Assembly: GCF_009914755.1 (NCBI RefSeq)
Contig: NC_060931.1
From: the human T2T-CHM13v2.0 reference genome, Homo sapiens
Direction: 5' to 3' (one strand)
DNA: 64,000 bases
Shown: positions 24,586-64,000 of the stretch, piece after piece
Position numbering within the stretch: position 1 is the stretch's first letter
Layout: each line of letters starts with the position of its first letter
Program-made: the position numbers and the translations under genes
Notes under the pieces: generated by a model
What the model was told of the DNA's origin: nothing
The model's input: only the letters and a program-made list of their open reading frames with translations
Databases searched by the model: none

Positions 24586-24947
24586 TTAATATCTCTGAAA
24601 TTTAGCTACATCTTATATTTGATTTTAAGACATGATGTAGTTTAATTGACATATAAAATACAATAATGATATAATTAGTAATAGTGGCTGGCAAAACACA
24701 GCTGTATGTTCCTTCATGCAGTAGCCCATGCTTTTCAGTGCTCATCCAGAAACATTTACTCCAAGGAGAAATAGCATAACATTTTAAAATTTTAAGCCTA
24801 ATTAAAAAACAATTGTTTGCTTTTCCTCTGATGCTGAAAATGATAGGCCTTGATTTCTTGGGATATATACCCATAACAGACCCAGCTTTCTATTATTTGT
24901 ATATAAAATGAATGTATTGTAATAGGTATTAAATGTCTTCCTCGTAG

Positions 24948-24978
24948 GGCTTGATAACCTCTGAAAATGAGAAATGTG
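24948..24978 (+). CDS. PTPN12: PTPN12 exon 16 (31 nt; GLITSENEKC)
   Basis: Acceptor tcttcctcgtag| and donor GTG|gtaagt. Frame continuous. Confidence 0.94.
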
Positions 24979-25504
24979 GTAAGTTGTTAGATTTTTTTTT
25001 TCCTTTTTACTGTAGATTTTATTGATTAATTTCTACAAAATAACATGCTTCATAGTTCATGCTATATAGTTATTTCTGTATGTGAAAATGTCTAGGACAA
25101 CTCTTGTAGAAGCTTAATATTGTACTATAATTCTTCCAAATTAATTATTACCACCAGATAGTAGTATTGATCTGGAAAATCATGGGAGCATTTACTATCA
25201 ATAATTACAGGCTAATGGGAAAGAGATTTTTTAAAAATATTTTTCTGTTTTTTATTTTCTGTTTTTAAAAACACCTAGAAGTTAGATCCCGACTTAAATA
25301 AATGATGGAATTGCTTCTGTAGAAACCTATTGTTTTAGAAATCTTCCTTTTAGTACTTTTTCATTTATTTGTGAAGACCAATAAAATTGTGAAAGAATGA
25401 ATGAATTTTAGTAGTTAACATCTTTTGTTACTAATCTTAAACACTGGTAATTAAAGAGTAAACTACAATCTAAACAACATAAAACTTTAAAAGTGGAGTT
25501 ATTA

Positions 25505-26184
<680 letters not shown>

Positions 26185-26550
26185 TGACCTTGTTGATTTC
26201 TATACAAAGACATTTCAGTTGCAACTATTCCCTTAGAACATAGGCATATAGTATAGCTACCTTAAGGGAATGTAATATGTCAAGACCTAGATTTATGAAG
26301 TAAGAATAACGAGAATCCTCACATTGCAGAAGTACTCACTGCAGATTTCTGTGTGACCACAATAATACCTGACATGATTTTCTGTGCACACTACACTTGT
26401 ATTTATATTGTTCTTGACCTGTAAAATTATGGTGCCCAGGAGAGAAAGTTTTCTCTTTTCATGCTTGCCAACATTTAAAAAATTAAAGAGTTATATATAT
26501 ATGATGCTACAAAGGATGGTGATTAACAAAGGCTTTGTGTTGCTACTTAG

Positions 26551-26658
26551 ATCATCCAGCGGGAGGTATTCACTATGAAATGTGCATAGAATGTCCACCT
26601 ACTTTCAGTGACAAGAGAGAACAAATATCAGAAAATCCAACAGAAGCCACAGATATTG
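26551..26658 (+). CDS. PTPN12: PTPN12 exon 17 (108 nt; DHPAGGIHYEMCIECPPTFSDKREQISENPTEATDI)
   Basis: Acceptor tgctacttag| and donor TTG|gtaatt. Frame continuous. Confidence 0.96.
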
Positions 26659-27145
26659 GTAATTTGTTTAATAAATAATTTTTAGTAAGTAGTTAACACT
26701 GGCAGGAATGAGAAAAGCTCATTTGCCATTGTGAAATGACACTTGCCAAGAATAAAACATGATTTTCCAAAGTTGCTTGGACTAGTCATGAAATAAATGA
26801 AATACTTAATTCTATTTCACATTGAGATTAAAAACTAAAATAGAAAACTGCAGTATAAAAAATCTTTTGTGTTGGAAAGACTAAATTATCATGGATATTT
26901 TTCTTACATTGTGATAAAATTGGTTTTATTTCCAGCATAAGATTTTTAAAAGAAGCAATCATTTTCAGTTATTCCAAATAAATTTACAATTGTTTTGCAT
27001 TTACCAAGTTTTGTTTGGCTTAAATTCTAAATTCCCTTGTGGAAATTTATTTGTTCCAGAAAATGAGAATGTCTGTGGACATGGTTTTTAGTAGTTTGAA
27101 AGTATTTCTGAACACTGACTAGTTATTGTGGTGTTTTCACTGTAG

Positions 27146-27207
27146 GTTTTGGTAATCGATGTGGAAAACCCAAAGGACCAAGAGATCCACCTTCAGAATG
27201 GACATGA
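27146..27207 (+). CDS. PTPN12: PTPN12 exon 18, coding part (GFGNRCGKPKGPRDPPSEWT*), the C-terminal homology (CTH) motif that binds PSTPIP
   Basis: Acceptor ttttcactgtag|, stop TGA at 27205-27207, and the typical PEST-family C-terminus. Confidence 0.97.
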
Positions 27208-27351
27208 TTCAGGGAGCTAGAAGACACTTTAAGTTATACTGGAAAATTCAGGTGCCACTGAAAGCCAGATTTATAGTATTCCATCTTTAATATGTGGGAC
27301 TAACAGCAGTGTAGATTGTTACCTTAATATTTTTTGCTGGGACCATCTACC

Positions 27352-27859
27352 TGCCTTATACTACACTTAGGAAAAAGTATTACATATGGTTTATTTTGAA
27401 ACTTCAAGTATTATTGCCTTAATGTCTCTTAACCCTGTTACACGCTGCTTGTAGACATGTTAATATAGTAATACCTTTATGATATATTGAGTTTAAGGAC
27501 TACTCTTTTTCTGTTTTATCATGTATGCATTATTTTGTATATGTACAGGGCAAGTAGGTATATAATTTGATAAAGTTGCAATTGAAATATTATTAACAGA
27601 AGATGTAAGAAATTTCTGCATGGTCTAAATCTTTGTGTACTTTATTTGTAAATTATTTGCCCTGGAGTTTTAGAAAATAGTTTCTGAATTTTAAACTTGC
27701 TGGATTCATGCAGCCAGCTTTGCAGGTTATCAGAGATCAAAGATTGTAATAATAATTTTGTAAATTGTAAGCAAAAAGTTATTTTTATATTATATACAGT
27801 CTAATTGTTCATCCTAATTGTTCCTGTTTTCATCTAGTCAGAGATTCAGTAAGTGCCTT
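27352..27859 (+). promoter_or_regulatory. Three miR-124 seed matches in the 3' UTR
   Basis: TGCCTTA at 27352-27358 and 27415-27421, and GTGCCTT at 27853-27859. These are complementary to the miR-124-3p seed AAGGCAC. Confidence 0.8.
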
Positions 27860-27968
27860 GGAACAATATTGAATTCTCTTAGCTTGTGTGTGTTTCTTTA
27901 ATATTTGAACTCAAGTGGGATTAGAAGACTATCAAAATACATGTATGTTTCAGGATATTTGACCTGTC

Positions 27969-27974
27969 ATTAAA
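27969..27974 (+). terminator. Polyadenylation signal ATTAAA of PTPN12
   Basis: ATTAAA is followed ~25-30 nt later by U/GU-rich sequence (cttgttgccttggcttttcatttc). Confidence 0.75.
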
Positions 27975-28109
27975 AAAAACAAACAGTTTTACAGTGCCTA
28001 CTTGTTGCCTTGGCTTTTCATTTCTCATTCCTAGGATATTGGACTTAACTATCAGCCTTTTTGCTGGCTCAGTCTTGGTATGAAATGAATGTGAATGGGG
28101 TTTAATTTC

Positions 28110-31485
<3,376 letters not shown>

Positions 31486-32371
31486 AAAAAATCTCTTTCC
31501 ACTGTAAGTACTATCAGTTAGCTTTCTTTTGGGAGCCATTTTTCGCAAAGTATTTTTTACTTTATGGACATTTTCTACATATATTGATAAAGCAATAAAG
31601 CCATAGTTATATGTAAGTGCTGAGCTAGACTCAGTCACTAGGTAACTGACTTGCTTACATGTAACAGCCTCATAGAATATGTGGTTCAGATTTTTGCCTG
31701 AGCAAAATGATGTGACTCTATGTTCTAAACCCTTGAGGCCACTTAAAATAGTAGTAACTATGAATGTTAAATTATTGAATGTAAAGAGTTTACTGTATAT
31801 CAGTTTGCCTTTTTATGTTCTGAAATTGAATTTACTATAGATAGAACGTTCAGAATTCCTACTTCTATTTAGATAATTAAATGGCTATGAGGGAATGGGC
31901 AGGTCTCTTAGTTCCCAAGATTCTGGCTTGGAAAGGAAAAAATGTCAACTTTGGATATGTTGACTTTTAGGTAGACAATACCTTCAGCATCAAAGAAGTG
32001 ATATCCAGTCCACAGGTAGAAATATATTTGAAGTTCAGAAGAAGGGTCCACATTGAAGATCAAGATTAGGGCATTAATATAGACATGAATGAAACCATGA
32101 GTGCACAAAACCCCAGGGAGAATAAATGAACTATTTGATATTTAAATGAATTTTTGCAGTTACATGGTAAATCTTTACATTTCTATTTGTCAAAACATGA
32201 TTTGGGTTAAACATGGGCAATATCCCCATGCCAGTCATCTGAATCATTTTGTACTCTAGGTTCTGATCAATCAATTCACCTTCCTCACTACCATCAAGCT
32301 GATGTTGCTAGAAGGCCAACCTGGATCTGCTCTTGACTTTGTAATTGTTACTTCTCCCTAAGAAATATTTA

Positions 32372-37437
<5,066 letters not shown>

Positions 37438-38216
37438 ATATTTGGTACTCTATTGCAATCTATGAAATCATTTTGGTTTAATATTAAATACAATACTAAA
37501 TTGAATTAGCTCACTTTTATGCTGGTTTTAGTAAAGTTCTTGTTGCTTTTGGCCTTTTACAGAGGTATCTCCTAATTGCCTGCTTTTAATGGCTATTCTA
37601 GGTATCAAAAATTCAGATTATATTAATAACTTTCTAAATAATGGTGTATAAAGTTAATTTCAGTTTTTTAGTACTTTATTCTTCAATTCTGGGTCTTCGT
37701 TACACAGCCTTAAAGGCCAGAAATTCATGTTTTCATTCTGGCAAATAGAGAACTGCAAAGGCTTTAACCCAGATTTTGGCATATTTCCACTCAATAAGCA
37801 ACCCTTGCATATTGTGCTAAACATGGAAAGTAGATCTAGTTTTGAACATAAACTGTATTTTTAACAGATTTGCTGCAACCTGTTCCCTTGTCTCCAAGGT
37901 GCATAATTCCTATAAAATATGCAAATGACCAATATTCAGATCGTAAATAATTTGACCAGTAAAAGCAGCAATGCTTGGGTAGCTCAAGGAGATAGTCTCT
38001 CTGTTCTAAAGTACGACAAATCTGAGCTTTGTTGAATTAGTGGGGGAAGGGAATTCCAAAGATTCCAGTCATTTTACATTTTGTAGAGATAACGTGGCAT
38101 AAGTGCTGTTATCATGACTTAATGTACTAGTATTTGTAACTTTAGAACTCTTGCCAATACTTCAAAAAGAACATATTTTTAACTTCTACAGATTTATACC
38201 CAAACAGCCAATATGA

Positions 38217-39262
<1,046 letters not shown>

Positions 39263-39883
39263 AGGAAAAAAGTTTTTTAAAATTAAGACTCTATATGTAC
39301 ACATTTCACTGTTTCAGAAAAGTGAAATGCAGTTTATAAGGAATTTTCTGTTGCCATTCAGAATAACAAAATATTCTTAGATCTTTTCAACCTAAAATGA
39401 GTAGTCCATTTTAATAATTATTCTACCTACCAATATCACTTTCCATGTAATAGAAATAAATTGAAATTCATAGGTAGAAGCTTTACGTTTAGACTTTATT
39501 TTCATTTGAATTGACTTGAATGTAAGGCCAGAGATTTTTGCAAGTTGGATTCTTTGACTAAGGATTCAAAATATTGATAGCTTTTAGCAGTTTGAGTGGC
39601 AGTAGGGATTGGAAATGTCATCTAACTCTTTTGCCATTCCACCAGAAGAGGGCAGCAAAGCAAACCAAGAGGAAATTTATGGGTCAAAAAATTTAGAAAA
39701 GTCACTCGAAATTCAGAGAGCTTAGTACAAAAGCTTGTTTGGGTGGCTTCAGTGTTTGGGAGTGTATATGAAGTCCCTACTGCCAGAGGCCCCATAGACC
39801 ATTTTGCAAGAGGCTTGAGCAAATCTTAAAGCTTAAATATATGTTCCTGCAGACTGAGGCCTGTCAAATAAAAATCATTGACC

Positions 39884-40095
39884 TTGTTGAATGCTTTCCG
39901 TGTGCTAGACACTGCTAATCTCTGTATACATATTTATTCAAACTTCACAAAAACCTCATGAGGTAGACTGTCTTATGAATGAATCTGAAAAATACAGACT
40001 TTAGATAATGTTTATAAAGTCACACAAAGTAGTACAAAGCCACAATTTAAATCTAGCTCCTATTCTAAAATCCTCACTCTTAACTACTGACCCTA
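39884..40095 (-). mobile_element. MIR SINE
   Basis: ttgaatgctttccgtgtgctagacactgctaa...aacctcatgaggtag...aaagtcacacaaagtagta. Confidence 0.7.
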
Positions 40096-40214
40096 TTATA
40101 TGCTTCTACATTTCAGAGAAGATAGGAATACAGGCTTTAATGGATAAGAAACATATGTGCTAGTTAACTCAGTTGAAAAAGGGGCTAGTTAAGTCAAGGG
40201 TCACTGATAAGCTT

Positions 40215-41400
<1,186 letters not shown>

Positions 41401-41594
41401 TGAAAAGTGATTAAGACTATCCACGTGTTTTTTCTTACTGTTTCTGTCTACTTCCTAATCTGCAGATCTGCAAATGGAATAAATGCAAATGGGATAAATG
41501 CAAAATGGAATAAATGTCTGGCAGAAGTCAGAATCTGGAATTTTTACCAATTTTGTCCAATTTAATTTTACAGTCAACTTGATCAGCTACTGAG

Positions 41595-41950
41595 GTGTGT
41601 TGGAAGTCATAGCCACAATATTTTGCAGCTCCTCCCATCAAGGTAGTGTTTGTTTTCCCAGCCCTAGTATTTGAGCTGGCCTTGTGCCTTGCTTTAACCA
41701 ATAAAATGAGCAGATGTGTTTCTGGGCTGGTTCTGAGACCTTAAGAGACCTTCTGCTTCAGTCTCTTGGGGTCCTGCTGGCATGTAAAGAAGCTCAGGCT
41801 AAGCCATGGACGGATGAGAGACCACGTGGGGAGATTCCCAACAAGTCCCAACCCACATCACATGGAAGAAAGTCATACAGCAGCGCCCTCATGCAGAATG
41901 GTGAGAAATCATTAAGTGTTCTTTTAAAGTTATGTTTTATAGTAGGTTTC
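41595..41950 (+). mobile_element. MLT1-type (ERVL-MaLR) LTR fragment
   Basis: gcagctcctcccatcaagg...tttgagctggccttgtg...gctttaaccaataaaatg...ttttaaagttatgttt. Confidence 0.65.
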
Positions 41951-41964
41951 TAATTTATTATTTT

Positions 41965-45475
<3,511 letters not shown>

Positions 45476-45589
45476 TTAATCCATGTTTATTAAGACAATT
45501 TTTAAGATGATTTTTGAAAGGTAATTTACGTTATCTCAGCAAAATTTTCAATAATGTGAACTACAAGGCATAAATCTTTAGCAAAAAGA

Positions 45590-45822
45590 TTTTTATTCAA
45601 TATTTTATTATCAAACATTCAAACAGAAAAGTTGAAAGAATTATACAGTGGGCCATATCATATAATATACTCATCATCTAGATTCTACAATTAACAGTTA
45701 TTTTTATCACATGTCTAATGATCTGTGCATCACTCTATTCATCCATTAATTCATTTTTGTTTATATATTTCAAAGTGATTTGCAAACATGAGTACACTTC
45801 ACACCTGAACACTTTAGCACAG
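45590..45822 (-). mobile_element. L1MC-type 3' end fragment
   Basis: aaacagaaaagttgaaagaattatacagtg...catctagattctacaattaac. Confidence 0.6.
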
Positions 45823-46231
45823 CAAAAGGATTTTTTTCAGGTATAGTATTTGTCCACTGGAGGGCCTCCAAATGCCATAAAATGCATTAAAAGTAAGTTC
45901 ATCTGTAGTCCCCAAGAACTGGAGAAGGTCCAGGGAAGGAGATGCATGGAGTGTAAATTGCATCAATTAGGGCAAGAGACTCAATCTGAAATCCAGAAAG
46001 AAGATTTCAACATTTTTTATCTTTACCCTCAGAATTTCTCTTCCTCTTTTTACAGCTACTTTCATTGTAAAGGAGAAAATATATCACAGGCCTCTCTCCC
46101 CAACAAATGATTTGAGCTCTTGAAGGTAGCAATTCTTTAGACCAGAAACTCAGGAAACTTGAAGTCAAGATGTTGTTATATTTGTGGAAATGAGTTGATG
46201 ACATAAATTAAATGTTTGTTAGTTTGTTGAT

Positions 46232-46346
46232 TGTTAACTCTCCACGAGGACAGGGATTTAGTTATCACTTGTCCCCAGAATGTAGACAGACACTCGTTGG
46301 AACATACTAGTGCTCAATAAATATTTACTGAAGAAATGAATGAATC
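46232..46346 (+). mobile_element. L2 3' end
   Basis: ctccacgaggacagggat...tagtgctcaataaatatttactgaagaaatgaatgaat. Confidence 0.8.
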
Positions 46347-46599
46347 CAAGTGCTTTATTCCAAGTATAATCTTCACACATTTAATGTCATTACTGATGAA
46401 AGTTAAGACAATTAGCCTACTTTTTAGTGTAATAGAAATAGAGCTCAACATAGCTATGTAATATAATGTATACCATTAAATTCCAAAAAGGAAAACAATC
46501 TAAAATGTAACTCATTTTTCCAAAAACATGAAGAAATCTCGAGGATTCCACTGGGAAATTACCTTTAAAAAAAAACAAAAACAAAAACAAAAACAAAAA

Positions 46600-50843
<4,244 letters not shown>

Positions 50844-50845
<2 letters not shown>

Positions 50846-51110
50846 GAAAGAAAAGAAAGAAAAAGGAAGGAAGGAACGAAGGAAGGAAGGAACGAAGGAA
50901 GGAGACAGAGAGAGGGAAGAAGGAGAGAGAGGAAGGAAGGAGGGAAGGAAGGAGACAGAGAGAGGAAAGAAGGAGAGAGAGGAAGGAAGGAGAGAGAGGA
51001 AAGAAGGAGAGAAGAAGGAGGGAGAGAGAAAGAAAGAAGGAAAGAAAGAAAAAGAAAGAAAAGAAAAAGAGAAAGAAAAAGAAAGAAAAAAGAGGAAGAA
51101 AGAAGAAAGT
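50844..51110 (+). repeat. Polypurine GAAA/GGAA/GA tract derived from an Alu tail
   Basis: About 265 nt, almost entirely A and G. Confidence 0.95.
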
Positions 51111-51392
51111 AAGTCCATGTTAGTCTCCAAAATTATTTTGGAAATTTTACTGTAATAAAATTCCAATATCTGGAATGTCTAAAGAGTATCTTCCAGAGTA
51201 GAGTTTTATAACGCAAAAGATGAATACATTAAAATCACCAATTATTTTAAAAATTCATTTTTCTTATGCAGGTACCAGACAGGAAACTGAACAAAATTGA
51301 CTGGTAAAACAGGAATGCCTCTATTTTTAGCCCTTGCAAAGCATCTCAAATTCTCTCAGGGGATGTACTAAAGTTAACCAGTAAAAGGTAGC

Positions 51393-52885
<1,493 letters not shown>

Positions 52886-52894
52886 AAAAACTAG

Positions 52895-53105
52895 TTTTTG
52901 AAGTCAACTGCCTAAGTATACTTCCTAGCTCTACCATCTGCTAGCTACATTATCTTGGTCAAATTACTTGAGCCACTCTGTGCCTCAGTTTCTTCATTGA
53001 TAGAACAGGGTTAATAACAGCATCAAGATCACAGGGCTGTTGTGAGGGTTAAAGCAGATAATCTATATAGAAGCTGAATACACTGCCTGACACAAAAGCA
53101 CTAGT
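52895..53105 (+). mobile_element. MIR SINE
   Basis: tcctagctctaccatctgctagct...ctctgtgcctcagtttcttcatt...gggctgttgtgagggttaaa. Confidence 0.8.
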
Positions 53106-53117
53106 TTACTGCTGGCT

Positions 53118-53840
53118 GTATTAGTTAATGTTTAGGCTAACTTGCTGAAATAACTGTTTTAAATAAGAAATGTTTATTTCTCCCCTGTAACAGTTGTGAA
53201 GATAGACATGAGTTCATCCAGGGACCCAGCTGGCCATGTCTCTACTTGCCTCTGCATTTAGATTCCATATCTGAGTAACAGGCAGTTGTCTTCAACCACA
53301 TGGGGTTGAAGTAGCTCACCAGTACCCTGTCCATATTCCAGCCCTGAGTAAGGCAATGTGTGGAGAGTAGGCAAGTTCATTCTTGAGGTCATTAAAGCAG
53401 AAGAATGCTGATCACTTCCACTTATATCTCATTAACCAAAACCTAGTTCAAATGGCCACACTGATTTACAAGGGAAGCTGGGAAATGTCTCCAGCTGGGA
53501 AGTCATGTGCCCACCCATCATTTTGAGTGGAGAGGGGATCTATTATTTATTTTTATTTTTATTTTTATTGTTGAGATGGAGTTTCGCTCTTGTCGCCCAG
53601 GCTGGAGTGCAGTGGCGCGATCTCGGCTCACTGCAACCTTCGCCTCCTTGGTTCAAGCGATTCCCTGCGCCCAGCCAGGGATCTATTATTAAAAGGGAAA
53701 AAGGAGGCCTGCTCTAATGACCTCATTTTACTCTAATTACCTCTCTAAAGATCCTGTGTCCAAATACACTCACATTCTTGGGTATTTAAGGACTTCAATA
53801 TATGAATTTTTGGGGAGACATAATTGGGCACACAGCATGG
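53118..53840 (-). mobile_element. MLT1-type LTR fragments with an Alu fragment at 53540-53680
   Basis: ctaatgacctcattttactctaattacctctctaaagatcc...aggacttcaatatatgaattttt. Confidence 0.7.
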
Positions 53841-54129
53841 GTTAAAGAAAGTGGAAATTGTATCCTTTGACTTTTTTTTCTCCACCTTTCTGTGTAAGAA
53901 GGAAAGGATATCTTTTGGAAAAAAGATATGGAGAAGAAAATGCCCAGGAATGTGTAGAAGCAAGGATCCTGCATTGTTCTTCTGGTAAGAAGAAAATGAA
54001 GGGGATAAAATGGGTCTCTGGGGTACATTGCCTTTAGCTCCAGAAATGTAAATGGGCTCTTAGGCTCCTTCTGTTACAGGCTTACGTTCCTCATCCTAAA
54101 GACAAGAATGCCATTAGGGTTATTAGTAA

Positions 54130-54995
<866 letters not shown>

Positions 54996-55467
54996 TAACT
55001 GTGAGAATACAAGGATAAACAAACCAAGTAATGAATGTCTTCATCACTTTAGTTTTTGGTCATTAGCCAGCGTTTAATCTTTAATTATAAGTTGAGTTTC
55101 TGTTCCATGCAACTGAAAAAGATCTAACACAGGTGGAATAACTGAGGAAGACTTCATGGGAGCCATGGGATATAAAGCGGCAGGACAGAGGCAGAGTGTA
55201 TGTCAAGGGGGAGGGCCTCCTTAGTTGTGACATAGGCATCATAATGAGCACAGTGAGAAGTCTGCCTTTGGATAATGACAATAATTTACACTGGCAGAGT
55301 TGTGTAGCAGGGGTCCCGATTTAAGTCTAAGCTCTGTTCCCTCTAGGACTCAGCCATGGGGGCGTCCATCTGGAACACTGGTGGAGTTAGTCCACCGGAG
55401 GATATATTCACATAAGGGACAAAATAGCCTTTTGGGAGTCAGAGCGCGTGCATTTGGTTTAAGGCAA

Positions 55468-55930
55468 TGTGAAAAACCGTAAACAATCTCAGATTTCACC
55501 CAACTTACAAGCTAAAAAGTTCGCCTGGCACATGGATGCTGGCAGAAGATATCATAGTCCTGAGCCAGAATGAAGAGTTTCTTACTCACAGCAATAGCCA
55601 TAGCAATAGCCAGAGTATCAGTTTTGTGGTTTGTTTTTGGCATTAGTTAGCAAAGTCCCAATTTCCATAGGGAGAGGCAAAGAAGGCCAGATGGCATCTG
55701 CCCTTGCAGTGGGCTGCTTTACAGAAGGGGAACCTTCAGCTTCAGGAGCCTGAATCTTTTATAGTGGCAATAAACTTGCTTGCCCTTTGCTCTGGAAAAC
55801 CTTATTCCTATCCTCTAAGACTGTTTGCTCTACAAACATCCCTGAAGAGAGAGTCCTGAAAGAAGGGCAGTCAGTGCTTCACTCACCAGATGTGCAGAAA
55901 TGCACAGAGATCATGAAGAATGATCTCTGC
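55468..55930 (-). mobile_element. LTR40-like (ERVL) solo LTR
   Basis: The reverse complement resembles LTR40: agggcagtcagtgcttc...gatgtgcagaaa, ctacaaacatccctgaag, gccctttgctctgga, gaatcttttatagtgg. Confidence 0.7.
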
Positions 55931-56683
55931 CTAGGCCAGTGTTTGAGTGAAAGGATAATTCCGAGGGTCTGTCCTGGTAACCTCTCACCCATTCTAGCTC
56001 ATACAGATTCACATCAGAGTTCTAATTTAAGGGGGTTGTAATTTAAGGGGGCTGTGATAAAAAAGTAAAAACTAAAGGGACTGTTTCATTGAAATCCTGT
56101 TCCATCACTGAGAGTGCAAGAAATTAGTATCACTGGTATTATTTATTTTGACAAAGCTAATGAATGTGGCTTTGGTACCAAGAGGAGGCATTACCACATC
56201 TATAAGCACATTATCACAGTGGCCTGGACTGAAGAGGAGGAGAGTAGAAGATACCACCTCTTACTTAAAATGATACGTTCATGGATGCTTGTGATATTAC
56301 AACATTAGCCTGAAGTTTAAGTTTCCAAGAAATAATTTTAAGTCTCTAAGGAATTTAGAATGATAAAGTTCCATCAGTACTTGATGACTTTTGGACTATC
56401 CTCAAAAAACCCAATCAAATTTCCATCAACGGTTAGTGATTTCTCAACTATCCCCAAATATCCCCAAATAATACTCTTTAATACAAATAGTATTAAAGGG
56501 CAGTTTCTTAATCTTTTTTCCACATTATCACAAAGAATGGATGATGTTTATCTGTATGATGTATTTCCATGGATGTACTCAAATTTGGGGAAAAAAGGAA
56601 AAAAAAAAAAAACACCCTGCAACAATTTTATTAGTAAATGAAGAAAATAATACTACAAAATCATTTTGTTAAATATTCACTTA

Positions 56684-61686
<5,003 letters not shown>

Positions 61687-62397
61687 AACGGATTGCATTT
61701 AACAAGTAAAAATCATCAGACCAAGTGTGAAGGATGTTTTTAAGAAAAAACGGTGTATTTGGGGGGTCTTCTTTGGGACCTAGGCTAGCTAGAACAGAGA
61801 GGAGCTCTGGTATCCTCTTTCAGCTCCTGAATAAGGGCAGTTCCTCTGTGAGTAGGGGATTGCTTGGGGGAAAGGGTAGGAAAAAAAGTGTGGTGAACAG
61901 CTTCTCTGGCCCTTGGAGTTTATCCCTCATTAAAGATTCCCCAGGAATCCCCGCCATGAGATATATAATTCTCTCCAGAATGGTCCTGTAACATATTTAA
62001 TTAATAAAATCTAATATGCATGTTCAAAATCTTTCAATTTTTTTAAATAAAAAGCTGAGATCCTCTGAGTATTCGTTTCTTATTTGCACCCCTTCTTGCT
62101 AAACTAGCTTCATTATACTGCTTTTATGTCTCCCTGATGGTAATTTTCTTGTTGCTATTATTACTGTGTATGCTTGGTAGAGAAATTAGATAAATCTTTA
62201 AGAAATGAAGAATTTTTTAAATGATCGAAAGCCAAATAACATTTTAATAAAATTCTGGTAAGCAAAGTTTTTAAGTTGTTACATAATTATCTAGTTAACA
62301 TTCTTATTTTTAAAATTGTATTTTAAATTTGAAATGTAATGCAATGCATTCATACAACTTAAAACTCAATAGCTCCAAGAGGATATCTAATAGAAGT

Positions 62398-64000
<1,603 letters not shown>

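Larger units (their letters stand above)
27208..27998 (+). other. PTPN12: PTPN12 3' UTR
   Basis: Repeat-free AU-rich sequence between the stop codon and the ATTAAA signal. The 3' end is approximate. Confidence 0.85.

Overview
Human (primate) genomic DNA, very rich in Alu repeats. It contains the 3' half of PTPN12 (PTP-PEST, chr7q11.23) on the + strand: coding exons 12-18 (6391-27207), a ~0.8 kb 3' UTR with an ATTAAA poly(A) signal, then ~36 kb of downstream sequence. All seven exons have GT-AG boundaries and join in frame to give the C-terminal 467 residues (N314-T780). The rest is mostly transposon debris: about 100 Alu copies and fragments (many nested), Tigger3, L1, L2, L3/CR1, MIR, MLT1, LTR40 and MER5-like pieces, plus microsatellites. 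Almost all ORFs in the supplied track are Alu or simple-repeat artefacts; the exception is 14621..15628, which is exon 13 plus flanks. I found no convincing new gene system. The most interesting observations are testable splicing and regulation hypotheses: an Alu cryptic exon behind a ~120-nt pyrimidine tract, an in-frame alternative acceptor on the Csk-binding exon, three miR-124 sites, inverted Alu pairs, the Ile322 allele, and minus-strand splice and poly(A) signals that may belong to the lncRNA APTR. Repeat family names come from recall of consensus sequences and repeat coordinates are approximate.
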